A model generated the notes under the pieces. That model did no database searches and was not told the DNA's origin. It saw only the letters and a list, made by a program, of their open reading frames with translations. Below are positions 40,352 to 53,901 of a DNA stretch of 64,000 nt, in pieces. Both the position numbers and the translations under genes were made by a program. Position 1 is the stretch's first letter; every line of letters begins with the position of its first letter. Source of the stretch: Octopus vulgaris (lineage: Eukaryota); NCBI GenBank assembly GCA_951406725.2, contig OX597820.1, positions 122,264,001 through 122,328,000 on the forward strand, read 5' to 3'.

Positions 40352-40577
40352 AAGGCAGCGAGGAGTTGGCAGAAACATTAGCACACTGGGCGAAATGCTT
40401 AGCGGTATTTCGTCTGTCTTTATGTTCTGAGTTCAAATTCCGCTGAGGTCGACTTTGCCTTTCATCCTTTCGGTGTCAATAAATTAAGTACCAGTTGCGT
40501 ACTGGAGTCGATCTAATCAATTGGCCCCCCCCTCCCTCAAAATTTCGGCCCTTGAGCCTAGAGTAGAAAAGAATATT
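40352..40577 (+). mobile_element. SINE family 3, young full-length copy (degraded copy upstream at ~40130-40340)
   Basis: CpG-rich; A box (tggcagaaacatt), B box (gagttcaaattcc), central gcctttcatcctttcggtgtcaataaattaagtaccag. Confidence 0.9.
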
Positions 40578-42832
40578 AGTAGAGCTATAACAAATGCTTT
40601 AGTTACATCCTCTTGGTTTTAGAAATATTTTTCAGTATTTGAATCCCAGATATGTTCTTGTTGGTGTTGTTGATGCAGCTAGAACCTAGTTTTTGTGGCT
40701 GCAAACAAATCTGCAACCTAACAATCTGCTTTCCAACCCAACATATACTACTACTACTACTAAATTAGGCTGTTCATCCTACTAGAAAAATAATCTAAAG
40801 TCTCTCCCTGATTACATGCCACCATCTGGCAATGGGAAGGCCACACTGAGTAATGTAGTTCTTTATATACAGTGGCTAACAGAAGAATTGGAATGGTCGT
40901 GGTTGGAGTTCCTTTGACAACAGATCTACTCATTCAGGGCAATGTTATAAAATGAGTCAAAAGGAGACGACCAGGCATTTGCCTCTTCTTGCAAAATTAA
41001 TAACAAAATGGCTTCTGTCTGTTAGACATCTCTTACCATTGCCGTCAGGAACACCACAGATAGTCCGAGAGGAACTGCAAAAACGACAAAGGAAAAAAAA
41101 AGAAAGGAAAAAGATATATATAGAGATAGAACAACTGTGATCATTGACCTGCTTGATCAGTGCTGACCTGGGTTAAACAATAACAAAACAAGCATAACTG
41201 CAGCAATGTTTGCAAATGCTGCTACTGCTACTACTATTACTGCTATTACTACTGCTTCTACTGCTGCCACTACTACTACTACTACTACTACTACTATGTT
41301 ATTTTTGTTTTGTTTTGTTTTGTTTTGTTTATTTGAATTTTTGTCAATAATAATATTAACTTGCATAACTATATGTTTACCTTCACCATTACCACTAAAC
41401 AATGACAACCCTACCATTCACACAACTGCTGGTAACCAGCAACAGTCTTCACAAACTCGTTAATAACAATACCAATCAATAACTAACACCAATTATTATA
41501 CTGACAGCATCACTGCGAACAATAACCAGTCCATCACATATCTGTATCCATCGTTAGTACCACTAATAATACTTCACTGCTTCAAGTTCCTCCACTTGTT
41601 CCTGATGCCTGGATTTCTTGTACAATTGTCATTATTTCCCATGCATCAAGACTGATTCTCAAGTGATCTGCTATTTATTTTTTTTTGACAATCCTATGAA
41701 TGAAGGTTTGTAGAATCTACTGCACTGGTCAAATTCTCCTCAGATACACTTACAGGGGATTCAAGCTGCAGCCTCTTAGGCTAGTTGTCTAATGCCATAT
41801 CCAATCATCCATTTAATTAGTTAATTTTCTGATTACAAGTTTTTAAGAATGATAAGTCTCATGATAAGCCATCAGCTAAATTCATAGAGGAAGACCATTG
41901 CCCCAAATTGTATTCTGACTGACAGTTATATGCCAGCAGGGAGCATCTACATAAACTCTCAAATTGCTAGAAATGGAGCCCTAATCTCTCTATTATTACA
42001 CCCTATAATCAGTTGAATGGTAACATTTTCCTCCACAAAATGTCCATCATATTTCTAAAAATATAATATAAAAAAATTGGTGTGACATGCTTTCAGGCTC
42101 AAAGCTCAGAATTAGACAACCCAAAGCATAAGGATGCCATGACTTTCAGTCCTATAAATTCTATTATGCCTGAATGGGAACAGCTACATAGCTGTTCACC
42201 CTAGCTGTTCAACTCTATAAGGTTGAGAGCTGACAGATCCTTTTCTCACTCAACACTTATGAAAATAAAAGCCATAAATTTAACCCTTCAGCATTTAGAC
42301 AGGTCACATCAGCCCTAATATTTTACCAGTTTATGTCCAAATTGGCCAGGTCTGGCCTCTTACACTACCTTACAATGTCAATCTAAAAATAAACAGTCAT
42401 GTCATCACTTAATCTGAAACACTGCGAATAATTAAGCATTATGGTTGACAGATTAATCTGAATGCTAAAAAGAAAAGTGCTAAATTTTTGAACAGCAAAC
42501 CTATATTAAAAGATGGAGTGTGAGCACAGAATCAGGTGGTAAAGTTTTCTACCCTAACCTACAAAATGAACATTTTATATGAACTTCTCCAGAGTTACAC
42601 AAAGCTGGTCTCATGCAAACAGCAGCAACAGCCCTTCATCGTGACTAAGATAAAAAGCATAAAGTGAGGTTATCAGTCAACTAGTGCACATGACAAAGAC
42701 ACCATAATTGCAACTGAATTAGGAATTAGGAAGAGATGGAGCTTGTGAATTCAAGAGAGTTAAAGTATGCTCCAGGGGTCTGTTGATTCTCAAAACTGTC
42801 TAAATCAGTTTGGCTACAATATTATACAATAT

Positions 42833-43144
42833 TGTCACCGTCACCGTGACCGACCAGGCTATCAGACGTTGCTACACATCGCTGGTCACAATGCACTTCG
42901 CATTGTTTTAGCCTTCAAATGACGCCACCCCGCTGGCTAAGCGAGCAGGCCAATAGAAGAAAGAGTGAGAGAAAGTTGTGGCGAAAGAGTACAGCAGGGA
43001 TCGCCACCGTCCCCTGCCGGAGCCTCGTGAAGGTTTTAAGTGTTTTCGCTCAATAAACACACACAATGCCCAGTCTGGGAATCGAAACCACAATCCTCCG
43101 ACCGCAAGTCCGCTGCCTTAACCACTGGGCCATTGCGCCTCCAC
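42833..43144 (-). mobile_element. tRNA-derived SINE family 5 (head shared with family 4, different tail), 12-bp TSD
   Basis: Minus strand tggaggcgcaatggcccagtggttaagg...ggtttcgattccc; tail (GGTGAC)n; TSD attatacaatat at 42821-42832 and 43145-43156. Confidence 0.9.
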
Positions 43145-44345
43145 ATTATACAATATAAGCTACTTAAATCAATAAACAACATCAGGAGCAAATCAGCTTA
43201 AAATGCTTTAACAAAATTAAGCAACGGGAACTTGAAGGAATGATAATAATAATAATAATAAGAAGAAGAAGAAGAAGAAGAATCTCTCTACAAAAACAAA
43301 GCACATGAACAATACCTGCATTAAACATCATCATCATCACATCCTGAACTGCAACACAACAACACCAACACCAACAACAAACACCACATCTCTATTTACA
43401 AGTACAGCAAATGCTTTTGCAAGTAGTTATTTCATTCCAAATGTATCCTATTTCTTCTAAAGTGTTGACCACTGGCAATCTTTTGTTCGTATTTTCAATA
43501 TTATTTACCTGGTTGTTAATTGCCTTCTTAATTAGTTAAGTAATCGTTTGATTTTTTAATTGTTTTATTATCTTAATTTTACTTTTAATTTTATTTGATT
43601 TTTGTTTTATTAATTGATCTTATTCTTAGTTCATGTCTCTTTTCTTTCTTTCTCTTCTTTTCCTCCTCCTCCTCCTCCTCTTCTTTCTTCTTCTTCCTCC
43701 ACCGTTATGACACTAATACACACACCAATATTAATGTTATTATTCTTTCAATGAAACATCTTTAAATTCTACAAACTTCCATGCAACCACACCCGTTCCC
43801 ATTGTCACCACCATTAACAATAACAACAACAACAATACCTTCGACAGTTAGTTACTTCCTCCTGACTGAAACCATAAAAAAAAAAAAAAACGAAAGCAAC
43901 TAATGGGCCTCTTCGTAGTTGGTTTAAATACTAGAAATAGCAGTCAAGTGTCACTTTGTTCTCTTAAAAAGGTAAGGATATATTAGGTGAGGTAGTTCTT
44001 GGTGTACAAGAAATAAGAAAAATCGCAATTGTCCTTGCTAACACCATTTGGTCATAGCCTGCTGCATTTGGGTCAGTTTGGAGTTGACCAACAAAAGCAA
44101 TAGCATAAGGACATAGGCTCTGTTTCTTTTTGACTTTAGTACATTTGAGGAGCATTAACACCAGTACTCGAACAAAGTAATTATTATTGAAAGCAGCCAA
44201 TTCCAGGAAGCATCACAAAATGATCTGATGTGTTGATCAGTGTCTATGACCTGCACAAATCATCAAATGAAAATTGGTTTGTGGAATATGTACATTTTAA
44301 TCCAAATGACCATGGGATTAAGGTACTGCTGACCACTCAGTCGTA

Positions 44346-44752
44346 TACTCTCTTTTACTCTCTTTTACTTGTTTCAGTCATTTGACTGCAGCCATGCTGG
44401 AGCACCACCTTTAGTCGAGCAAATCGACCCCGGGACTTATTCTTTTGTAAGCCCAGTACTTATTCTATCGGTCTCTTTTGCCATACCGCTAAGTGACGGG
44501 GACGTAAATACACCAGCATCGGTTGTCAAACAATGCTAGGGGGACAAACACACACACACACATACATATACATATATACATATATATACGACAGGCTTCT
44601 TTCAGTTTCCGTCTACCAATTCCACTCACAAGGCATTGGTCGGCCCGGGGCTATAGCAGAAGACACTTGCCCAAGATGCCATGCAGTGGGACTGAACCTG
44701 GAACCATGTGGTTGGTTAGCAAGCTACTTACCACAGAGCCACTCCTGCGCCT
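44346..44752 (-). mobile_element. SINE family 1, full length
   Basis: Reverse complement of 10280-10666. Confidence 0.93.
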
Positions 44753-44966
44753 ATACAGTTTCAAATCATTTAACTATCATTGATTTGTGTCTTTAAACAA
44801 GGCCCTTGTTTCTGCTCACACTGATTTGTCTGAAGGTAAAACAAAAAGGAGCTGCCATTCCCTTGACCATCTTAAATGACTCTGTTGTCATCAAAATAAC
44901 ATTTATTGTAATCTTTGAGAGAGGTAAGCTGGGCAGGCCATATATATATATATATATATATATATA

Positions 44967-45331
44967 CTAGTAGCATCGCCCAGCATTGATCGGGACGCTT
45001 TAGAATTGGAATTTTTGAAAAGTAAAAATTTTGCATTATGTAGTTTGTTATTCTCTTTAAGTGAACATTTTTCTGGTTGAAATACACCGAAAAATGGTGA
45101 CACAGCAGTCAAAAAATCGTAAAAAACAGGCATTTTCATAGAAATGAATAATTTTTGGTGTTAACATGGTCCGATTTGAATTTTTTCTTCTACGGAAGGA
45201 AGAGCAAGCCACTTTCTATCATACTCTCAATTTTGGTCTACTTGTGCCGCAGGGTCTTGGAGGAGATAGTGTTAGTTGAAGGCTACCAAACCTGCCATAC
45301 ACAGACAACTTCAGCTTCATATATAGAGAGA
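44967..45331 (-). mobile_element. Non-autonomous Helitron (second family)
   Basis: Minus strand: a|TCtctctatatat ... cccgatcaatgctggg hairpin ... CTAG|t. Ends are similar to 24277-24664; the interior differs. Confidence 0.82.
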
Positions 45332-46036
45332 TATCTATATTTGCACTATTTACATGACTGAAGAAAAATCATTTCTTTCTTTCTTCACAGTTGTGTAGTT
45401 AACTGTAGGAAAGGGATCCAAAATATTAAAAAAAAGCATGCATGCAAAACTGGACATAAAATAATATTTAATTTTAAAATATCATACTTTGGTTTTATAG
45501 ACTCATAAAAACTGAAAATTAGTCCCTTTTAAGATGAAATATTGACATGTTTTGCAGCCCAAAATATACTTGGGTGGATACTTGTCACATACACACAGCT
45601 ACATTTAAGTTCTTCAATTTAAAACTCTTATATTTTTCTTCACTCCTGTTGATTTTAAAAAATCTACAATTAAGTCAAGTGTACAACAAAGTGTTTAGTA
45701 TGTTCGTCATTGCACTGTGCAGTGTTAATAACAAGATTAACTCAACCAGTATTCAATAAATATTTAGAACAATCAAGAAATAATTAAAAGGAGTCAATAA
45801 ATGACTGAAGAAATAGAATAACAGTGAACCTATAGTTATGTTAATTAGTTGAAATGCAATAAATCAAAATATAAATTCTAAGACTTGTCTTAAATATTTG
45901 CTCCTTTTGGGGGACCAACAATAACAACAACAGTAATAATAATAATAGCAAAACATTCCTTGAAATTGTGTAAAAAGAGGACACTTACATTTATTATACA
46001 GCCCCTGCTTTTTGATTATGTTTTCTTTATACATAC

Positions 46037-46071
<35 letters not shown>

Positions 46072-47119
46072 TAGTTGAATATTTTTAGTTTTCCAGGTTT
46101 TAAAAATTTTTTAGATTTAGGCTTCTGTGGTGATCCATGCATGCATGCATCAATGCATTCATGTACACACACACATGCATGCATGCATGCATGCAAGCAA
46201 GCACATATATACATACATAGATACATACATGCATGAACACATGCATATTTACACACCTACATATGTGCACACACATTCATACATACACTCACACATACCA
46301 TACACACATTCATACATGCATGTATACACACATACAAACATCCCTACACACATACACACACAAAATGATTACTATTTATTGTGTAGCTTGTAGAGTGCTT
46401 AGTTGTGTAGTAAAAGAATGTGTAGAAGGGCTTCCAGATGTGTAAATATTAAAAAAGAAAGACCAAAAAAACCTCAACTCCAACAAACAAAAATGATTGT
46501 TTTAAATGGTTTGTTTGGAACAGAATGGAATGGCATTATATTAGATGTTGATATTTGTCGTTTCTTTATTGATATTTGTTTATGCACAAGTTTATTTATT
46601 TTTTTAAAATTATTGTTTTCATTATTATTATGTAAAGCTTATAGGAGAAGTGTAGTGGCATTGGCCAGACCAGAAGGGTGTGTCTAGAGTTGATGAAGTA
46701 ATTTCCAGTGATTTATTGACATGGTGGAGGAGATAGGGTTCTCAACTCAACTGATCCAATTAAATAGACAACTCATTTGCTTGTAGCTATTGGCCTTCAA
46801 CCTTATTCTATGTATAAATTTCTGATGCTTTTGTGTTTTTTAAAATTACTTCACATAAAGAATATCGGCACTGACCATGACCATTGAAGTCCTAAGCATG
46901 TTATTATAACATAAAATGTGTCTTGGGCTTTTCAAAGTTGGTGGAGCCATCCTTGTCAACATTTGAACAGCATCAATTTCTTCCAGAGGAAGGAGAAGAA
47001 CCACCCGTAGTACTTGAATGATCAGTCCTGACAGTTGAAAGCAAAGCTGACTTCAACAGGATCTGAACTCAGAAAGCACAGCATCAAAACAAATACCACA
47101 AAATATTCTATCCATTGAC

Positions 47120-47550
47120 TCTGCCAACCAACCACCGAGAGTGTAGGGGGTGCTTTTTATGTGCCACTGGCATGGGGGCCAGTTAAGCAGTGCTGGCAAT
47201 GACCTCGCTCAAATCTTTTTACACATGACACCAGCATAGGTGCCAGTAAGGCGATGTTGGTAATGATCACACTCGAATGGTGCCCTTTTTATTTGCTACG
47301 GCATGGGGGCCAGTCAGGCGGTACTAGCAATGACCTCGCTAAAATCTTTTTACACATGACACCAGCACAGGTGCCAGTAAGGCGATGTTGGTAATGATCA
47401 TGCTCGAATGGTGTCCTTTTTACGGGGGCCAGTCAGGCAGTACTGGCAATGACCTCACTCGAATGTTTTTACACTTGCCACCAGCATAGGTGCCAGCAAA
47501 TCGATGTTGGTAACAATCACGCTCGAATAGGCAACGTTGGTAATGATCAC
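47120..47550 (-). mobile_element. RTE 3'UTR fragment with ~3 tandem ~120-bp subunits
   Basis: ggggccag..ggcaatgacctcgctc..tttttacacatgacaccagc..ggtaatgatca repeated three times; homologous to 9170-9390. Confidence 0.8.
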
Positions 47551-48168
47551 CATAAATAAATAACATGAGGCAAATTTCAGAATGTAATGATTGCATTCTT
47601 CATTCCTCATTAAGTAGCAGATTGTTGTATGTTTGATTAAAAAAAAAATTTTTTTAAGTCGTTTATACCCGATGATTGGGTGGCAGAATGGTAGAAATGT
47701 TGAAGAGAGTTGAGCCAAATACCATGGCAACTTTGGCTTACTGCTGGACATTCTCTGAAACCCTAGTGGAGCTGATGTTAACTTCCTATTTGTCTGCTAA
47801 TGTTTGGCTATGTTCAATGGTTGAATTAGTGCAATGGAAGTCTCTGGATTTTAGCACAGGTAAGGAAGGAATTTGTGAATTAGTAGAACAGTACAGTAAG
47901 TAATAAGACCCACTGGCCAGATTGTTTAGCACTTTTATAATTGGTAGCTTTATTGGATTGAAGTCTCCATGGTCACCTACATCTTCTTCCTATAAAAACT
48001 CAAGAAATGTCAGAAGTACTTTGGGCGAAGTCCCAAATTAGTCTTAGAAATAAAGAGCATAAGTTGTGGCAAAACATTTTCGTTAAGTAACATGGTTTGA
48101 TGCTGCTTACCAAATCAGGGAATTTAAAAATTCCCTCCCTTCTCTATGGCTGTTGCATCATCATCATC

Positions 48169-48215
<47 letters not shown>

Positions 48216-48672
48216 AAGTATAAAAATTACATTATTCCATTTCCCAGTAGATAAGTTTATGTAAGGATTAAGTTGGTTAAAAATACTGAGAGAATCTTCT
48301 CCTCCACCACCCCGCATAGAAGCAGTAACAAAAATATAAACCAAGAGGAAAATACAGAAAAGCATTGAGAGAAAAAAAGGGGGTCTGTGTAATCCACAGA
48401 CACCATTAAAACTTTTAAATTGCAACTATTTCCCTCACAACAGTATTAATTTCTCTTGCCACACAACTTCACTCATTTTCAAAACTTAGATATAGTTTCA
48501 TGTATTCTGGGCTTTTATTTTTTTTTCTCTACTGAGGATTAGCAAATATTCCCTTTATGTTGCTGTTTGATTTTATTTCATATGTGTGTGTGTACATACA
48601 TACATATTCATTTTATTATATATGTATGTGTATACACACGCACACACACATATATATGTATACGTACATATA

Positions 48673-48713
<41 letters not shown>

Positions 48714-49346
48714 ATATAATTTTTAGCTTTAACCTTTTCTTGCTCATTAAAATTCTAGTGCTAATTTTTGTTTTGATTTTTAAACAGTTTCAAGGAAACT
48801 ACTGAAGTTGAAGAAATAATTTACATTCTTTTCTTTTCTTATTTTATTAAATTTATTTTATTTTATTTATTTATCCATTTTTTAATTTTATTGATTATCC
48901 CCTTTTCTGTTCATTAAAATTCAAATGCAAACATCACATTTTGCAAATTTTATAAGCAGATTGATAATAATCTTCTTGCATAAAAAAAAAGGTAAACTAA
49001 TGCTGCCAAGTCGTTAACTCTTTTACCTTTTTCCTCATCTCTGGGAAAATATTCAACTGACACAACACTGCATGCTAATTTAACATTTGTCAGTTACAGT
49101 AATGATACTATGATTAATCTACGGTACCTATTAGCGAGTGACAGAGGACATTGGTAGATGTGACTAGCAACATAGCGCAGATATAAAGAGCATTAATGTT
49201 TTGCAGGAGATGCTTTGTATCCTGAGATATCAACCTCACTTGTGCATCCGAACAAGGCGCATTGCTCTGCTAGAAAAAAACTGACAATAATCAAATTCTA
49301 TTTGCCTTTCAGTTTCATAGTTAAACTGACAGTGGAAGACATAGCA

Positions 49347-49759
49347 GGATCTTTTTGGTTTGAACGGCAGTTTTTTCTAGCGGTGTCATACGAAATTGTC
49401 ACCCATAATTATGACCCTAGAATCGATCTATTGCATTTCAATCTGTTTTAGGGTTAGGGGTGGGGGGAAGGGTATCTTTTTATCTTCACAAATGTAAATA
49501 AACCCAATCTGTTTCTTAAACGAGGGACATATTCATACGGCACAGAATGTTTTTTACCTCAATAAACGTATTTGATTGGCTGAAATTGCAGCAATTGAAG
49601 AAAAAAAAAACAACAAATATCTTACAAACCATAGAATTTTCTCAATAAAGCTAAGAGAAAAATATGTTTTATAAACATATTCTACCAGTATACGAAGTTT
49701 AAAATTTTTTAGCTACCTAGAAATTATGTTAAAAACTGCCGTTCAAACTGAAAAGATCC
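49347..49759. mobile_element. Non-autonomous DNA transposon with ~29-bp TIRs and 4-bp TSD (agca), superfamily unassigned
   Basis: agca|ggatctttttggtttgaacggcagttttt ... aaaaactgccgttcaaactgaaaagatcc|agca; internal ttagggttaggg. Confidence 0.85.
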
Positions 49760-50930
49760 AGCATAGTGTCTGCAAAACCAATTGTTGGTCGAGATGGAAA
49801 ACATATTACGCTAGAAAAGAAAAGAAAAAGAAGGTGAAACATGAAAGGAAGAATGTATATGAATGCATGTGCATGCATGCACACACACACACACACACAC
49901 ACAACAAATGCATCCAATTTCAAAATTGAGTGGTGCTGGTCAAGTGTTGGTATGGAACTGATATGGCCGAATTCTCCCCTTGCATAGTCTCTTGTAGTTA
50001 ATAATATTCCAATGATCAGGCATTGATTCTCAGAGGTTGTATGAACTTTGAAACATTACATAAACTGAAGTTTTGACTTCATGACCCCTTTTTTTCTTTT
50101 TTCTTGTTATGCTAGCATCCACACACTCACACACACACACACACACATATACAAAAACAGGGAGTGAGAAAGAGAGTGATCAGGTCCAGATCACATTTTT
50201 GTGGGAGATAAAAAGCCATAGATTGCACTAAGAAATTTTCGTTATCCTTTGCAAATACATCAGCACATTCAAGCTAAAGGCACAGCCTGCAAATTGCGAC
50301 ATTATTCCTTATATAGATATGAGGACAGAGAAAAAGATTGCTGGTCTATGAAATAATATTTGAATAATTTTTCTAATAATTTTGCTTATCAAAATTCATT
50401 TCGAATGCTGGATTATCAATTCCTTGTTGCTATAGAATGGTTACAGTTACTTAGGTCTCTACTCTGTGCATCAGTTTAACTTTGATGATGTTAGAGATTA
50501 CATCTTATATATATGTGGTTTCCCAGGATGGAGGAGTTGCCAATATTGGAAAAGCCCCACCCATCTGGAATAGGGTAGAAACAGTTTGGTGAGGTTAATG
50601 GATATTCGCTGGATATTCATTCTTTTGATTGGCATTTGTCAATTCCCAAGATATGCAAATATGCATGTGGAGATTCTATCTATTCCATCCGTTGATTGGC
50701 ATCTATTATTCCCAAGAGATGCAAGCATGCATACGAAGGAGATGTAGTCACAAGAGCCAAGCACATGCATACTTTGAATGTGCAGCAGTTTTTGAATTGA
50801 CTTTTAAGGATCAACACATCATTGCTTCTAAATGTTGAGGAATGAATATGTTATGAAAATCCCAGCTTCAGTGCATATGTGTAGGGCAATGTAATCTCTC
50901 TCCCCCCCTCTTTCTCTCTATCTCTCTCTC

Positions 50931-51088
50931 AGGTTAGGGTTAGGGAGAAGGGCATCTTTTTTTCTTCACAAATGTAAATAAACCCAATCTGTTTCTTAAA
51001 CGAGGGACATATTCATACAGCACAGAATGCTTTTTACCTCAATAGACGTATTTGATTGGTTGAAATTGCAGAAATTGAAGAAAAAGAA
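50931..51088 (+). mobile_element. Internal fragment of the 49347-49759 element
   Basis: Closely matches 49448-49612; sits between (CT)n and (AC)n tracts. Confidence 0.85.
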
Positions 51089-51213
51089 CACACACACACA
51101 CACACTCAGGAACATGTATATTTATATATTTGTGCAAGTGTATGTGGGAGCATGTATTAAGCTTATGTGTGTGTGTGTGCATGCATGCACACACATGCAC
51201 GCACACTCTTACA

Positions 51214-51435
51214 GATTATATATAAAATGCATGTACTGTACATATTATTCATTATTTGTATAAAATATATATTATAAATTTATAAAAAAATCTTTCGAGT
51301 TTGCATAGGTTGGAGAAGCTGAGGGATTATATATAAAATGCATGTACTGTACATATTATTCATTATTTGTATAAAATATATATTATAAATTTATAAAAAA
51401 ATCTTTCGAGTTTGCATAGGTTGGAGAAGCTGAGG
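51214..51435. repeat. Perfect 111-bp tandem duplication
   Basis: gattatatataaaatgcatg...ggagaagctgagg occurs at 51214-51324 and 51325-51435. Confidence 0.92.
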
Positions 51436-52243
51436 GAATTGCACTGGGCTGTAGTGTTTGATTTAACACTGGTTTCTTCAATTCGATGCCCTTCCTACAG
51501 GCAATCATTTTATAGAGTGTAGTGGATGCATTTTTCATGGCACCAGCTTCAGTGAGGTTACCATGACAGCTCGTTCATGACTGAATGGGACTTGATTGAG
51601 TAGAAAGCAAAGCAGCTTTATGCAAGATAATGAAAGGGTTAAAGTATGAAAAAAAAAGGAGCTTGGAACTGGTTTTGTGCTGCAGAGGAGGTGCTTGGTT
51701 GCTTGAATTGTACAAAAGTGGACGGGAATAATTGGTGCAGAACTGGGAAAAAGAATAAAGATAATGGTGATGAAATGCAAGGCTGGACTGCAGGGGTAGA
51801 AGAACAGGCGGGTAATGGTTACAAGAGTAGATGGAGACGGGGACGAAAGGTTAAAGATACGTAGGAGTACAAAGTACTGAATGATGACCAAGGGTTGAGG
51901 AGGGGAGTAAGAGAGTCAGGGATAAATATGGAGTTGGAAGCAAGGTTAGAAAGCAGATGAGGACTTGAGATTGGGTGGGGTTGGAGGGGTAGATGTAATG
52001 ATTGCTTAGAGGTGATCAATGATTGATAGTGTGCACTGACTGACAGGTGGTTGAGAAGAGTGAAGAGAAGCAGGATGCTAATAATAGAGCTGACAGGAGA
52101 AGATCCAACAGAAAGGAAGATAATGTGTGTGTGTGTGGGGGGGGTAGGCAGGTGAGTTGGAGTGGAGAAATAGGGACTGCATAGGAAGAGTGGGAAGAGG
52201 TACAAGGTAATAAGTCAACAGGAAGTGTTCAATTGACCCATCA

Positions 52244-52280
<37 letters not shown>

Positions 52281-52518
52281 TAGGAATTTGCACACTCAAC
52301 AGAAGGACAAACAAGTAGCACCGGCAAAGAGCTCTTTCAGATGCAGTGGCTGTATGCATGACTGCCACTGCCATGTGGGCTTGCACAGCCACAACAGACA
52401 CTGCTGCACCACTAGCAGCAGCAGCAGACTTGATTTCTTCAGATGCAGTTCCATGGTCTCTCAAGAACAACAGATGCCTACTACTACTCCTCTGTGTGTG
52501 TGTGTGTGTGTGTATGTA

Positions 52519-52553
<35 letters not shown>

Positions 52554-52636
52554 TTGTGTGTGTGTATATGTATGCATGTATATATATGTGTGTGTGTATA
52601 CATGTATATATATGTGTGTGTATATACATACACACA

Positions 52637-52958
52637 CCAGAGCGGCTAACTGGCTTCCATGCCGGTGGCATGTAGGAGGCACCATTCAAGCATGATCATT
52701 ACCAGCATCACCTTACTGGCACCTGTGCTGTTGGCATGTGTAAAAAACATTCGAGCGAGGTCATTGCCAGTATCGCCTGACTGGCACCCACTACACTCTC
52801 GGTGTGGTTGGCATTAGTAAGGGCATCCAGCTGTAGAAACTCTGCCAGATCAAGACTGGAGCCTGGTGCAGCCATCTGGTTTGCCAGCCCTCAGTCAAAT
52901 TGTCTGACCCATGCTAGCATGGAAAGTGGACGTTAAATGATGATGATAATGATGATGA
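52637..52958 (+). mobile_element. RTE 3'UTR copy with (GAT)n tail
   Basis: Homologous to 9145-9550. Confidence 0.87.
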
Positions 52959-52991
52959 TATATATATATATATATTTGCATATATATATAT

Positions 52992-53473
52992 GTAATAAAT
53001 CTCTGAACGAAGTTTTAACAGTAGCTGCCTGGCATTGTGAAGTATATTTGCCACTTAGATGTGGCTAACCCTTAAGGGTCAATGCTACTGTAGCTTGTAG
53101 CCCCGAGAAGACACCTCCTCCAGCTGGCTATTGACACACTTTCTGTGCCGTATCAGTATTTGCAAAGAGAAGTCATCCTTCCCATCTCCAACCTGACATG
53201 ATACACACGGACCCAAGTTTCTGAGTACTGACCCGTCATCAGCGTGTGACAATCACCGGTTAGCTACCGACAGCAGAGTACACAACAAACATCAGCAATC
53301 TGACTGTTGTTCCATATTCTTGTATATCACAAAAATCAAGATGAAAACTGTTTATATCACCTATATTAATTAGTGTCAGCAATGTCAATTATTTCGAAGA
53401 TCTTATTTCTGCATTGGCAATAACCAAACTTTATATTTTGATATTTGCGTTTGTTAGAGTGCAAGACAAATGT
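52992..53473 (-). mobile_element. (TA)n-flanked ~480-bp element containing a hammerhead ribozyme
   Basis: Non-coding unique block bounded by (TA)n on both sides, with the ribozyme in the middle. Confidence 0.55.
53204..53248 (-). ncRNA. Minimal type-I hammerhead ribozyme
   Basis: Minus strand: cacacg-CTGATGA-c-gggt(cagt)actc-a-GAAA-cttgg-GTC-cgtgtg; perfect 6-bp stem I and GUC triplet. Confidence 0.82.
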
Positions 53474-53495
53474 TATATATATATATATATATATA

Positions 53496-53893
53496 GGCGC
53501 AGGAGTGGCTGTGTGGTAAGTAGCTTGTTTACCAACCACATGGTTCCGGGTTCACTCCCACTGCATAGCACCTTGGGCAAGTGTCTTCTACTATAGCCTC
53601 GGGCTGACCAAAGCCTTGTGAGTGGATTTGGTAGATGGAAACTGAAAGAAGCCCGTCGTATATATGTATATATATATGCGTGTGTGTGTTTGTGTGTCTG
53701 TGTTTGTCCCCCTAGCATTGCTTGACAACCGATGCTGGTGTGTTTATGTCCCCGTTACTTAGCGGTTCAGCAACAGAGACCAATAGAATAAGTACTGGGC
53801 TTACAAAAGAATAAGTCCCAGGGTCGAGTTGCTCGATTAAAGGCAGTGCTCCAGCATGGCCATAGTCAAATGACTGAAGCAAGTAAAAGAGTA
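53496..53893 (+). mobile_element. SINE family 1, full length
   Basis: Matches 10280-10666. Confidence 0.93.
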
Positions 53894-53901
53894 TATGTAT
53901 A

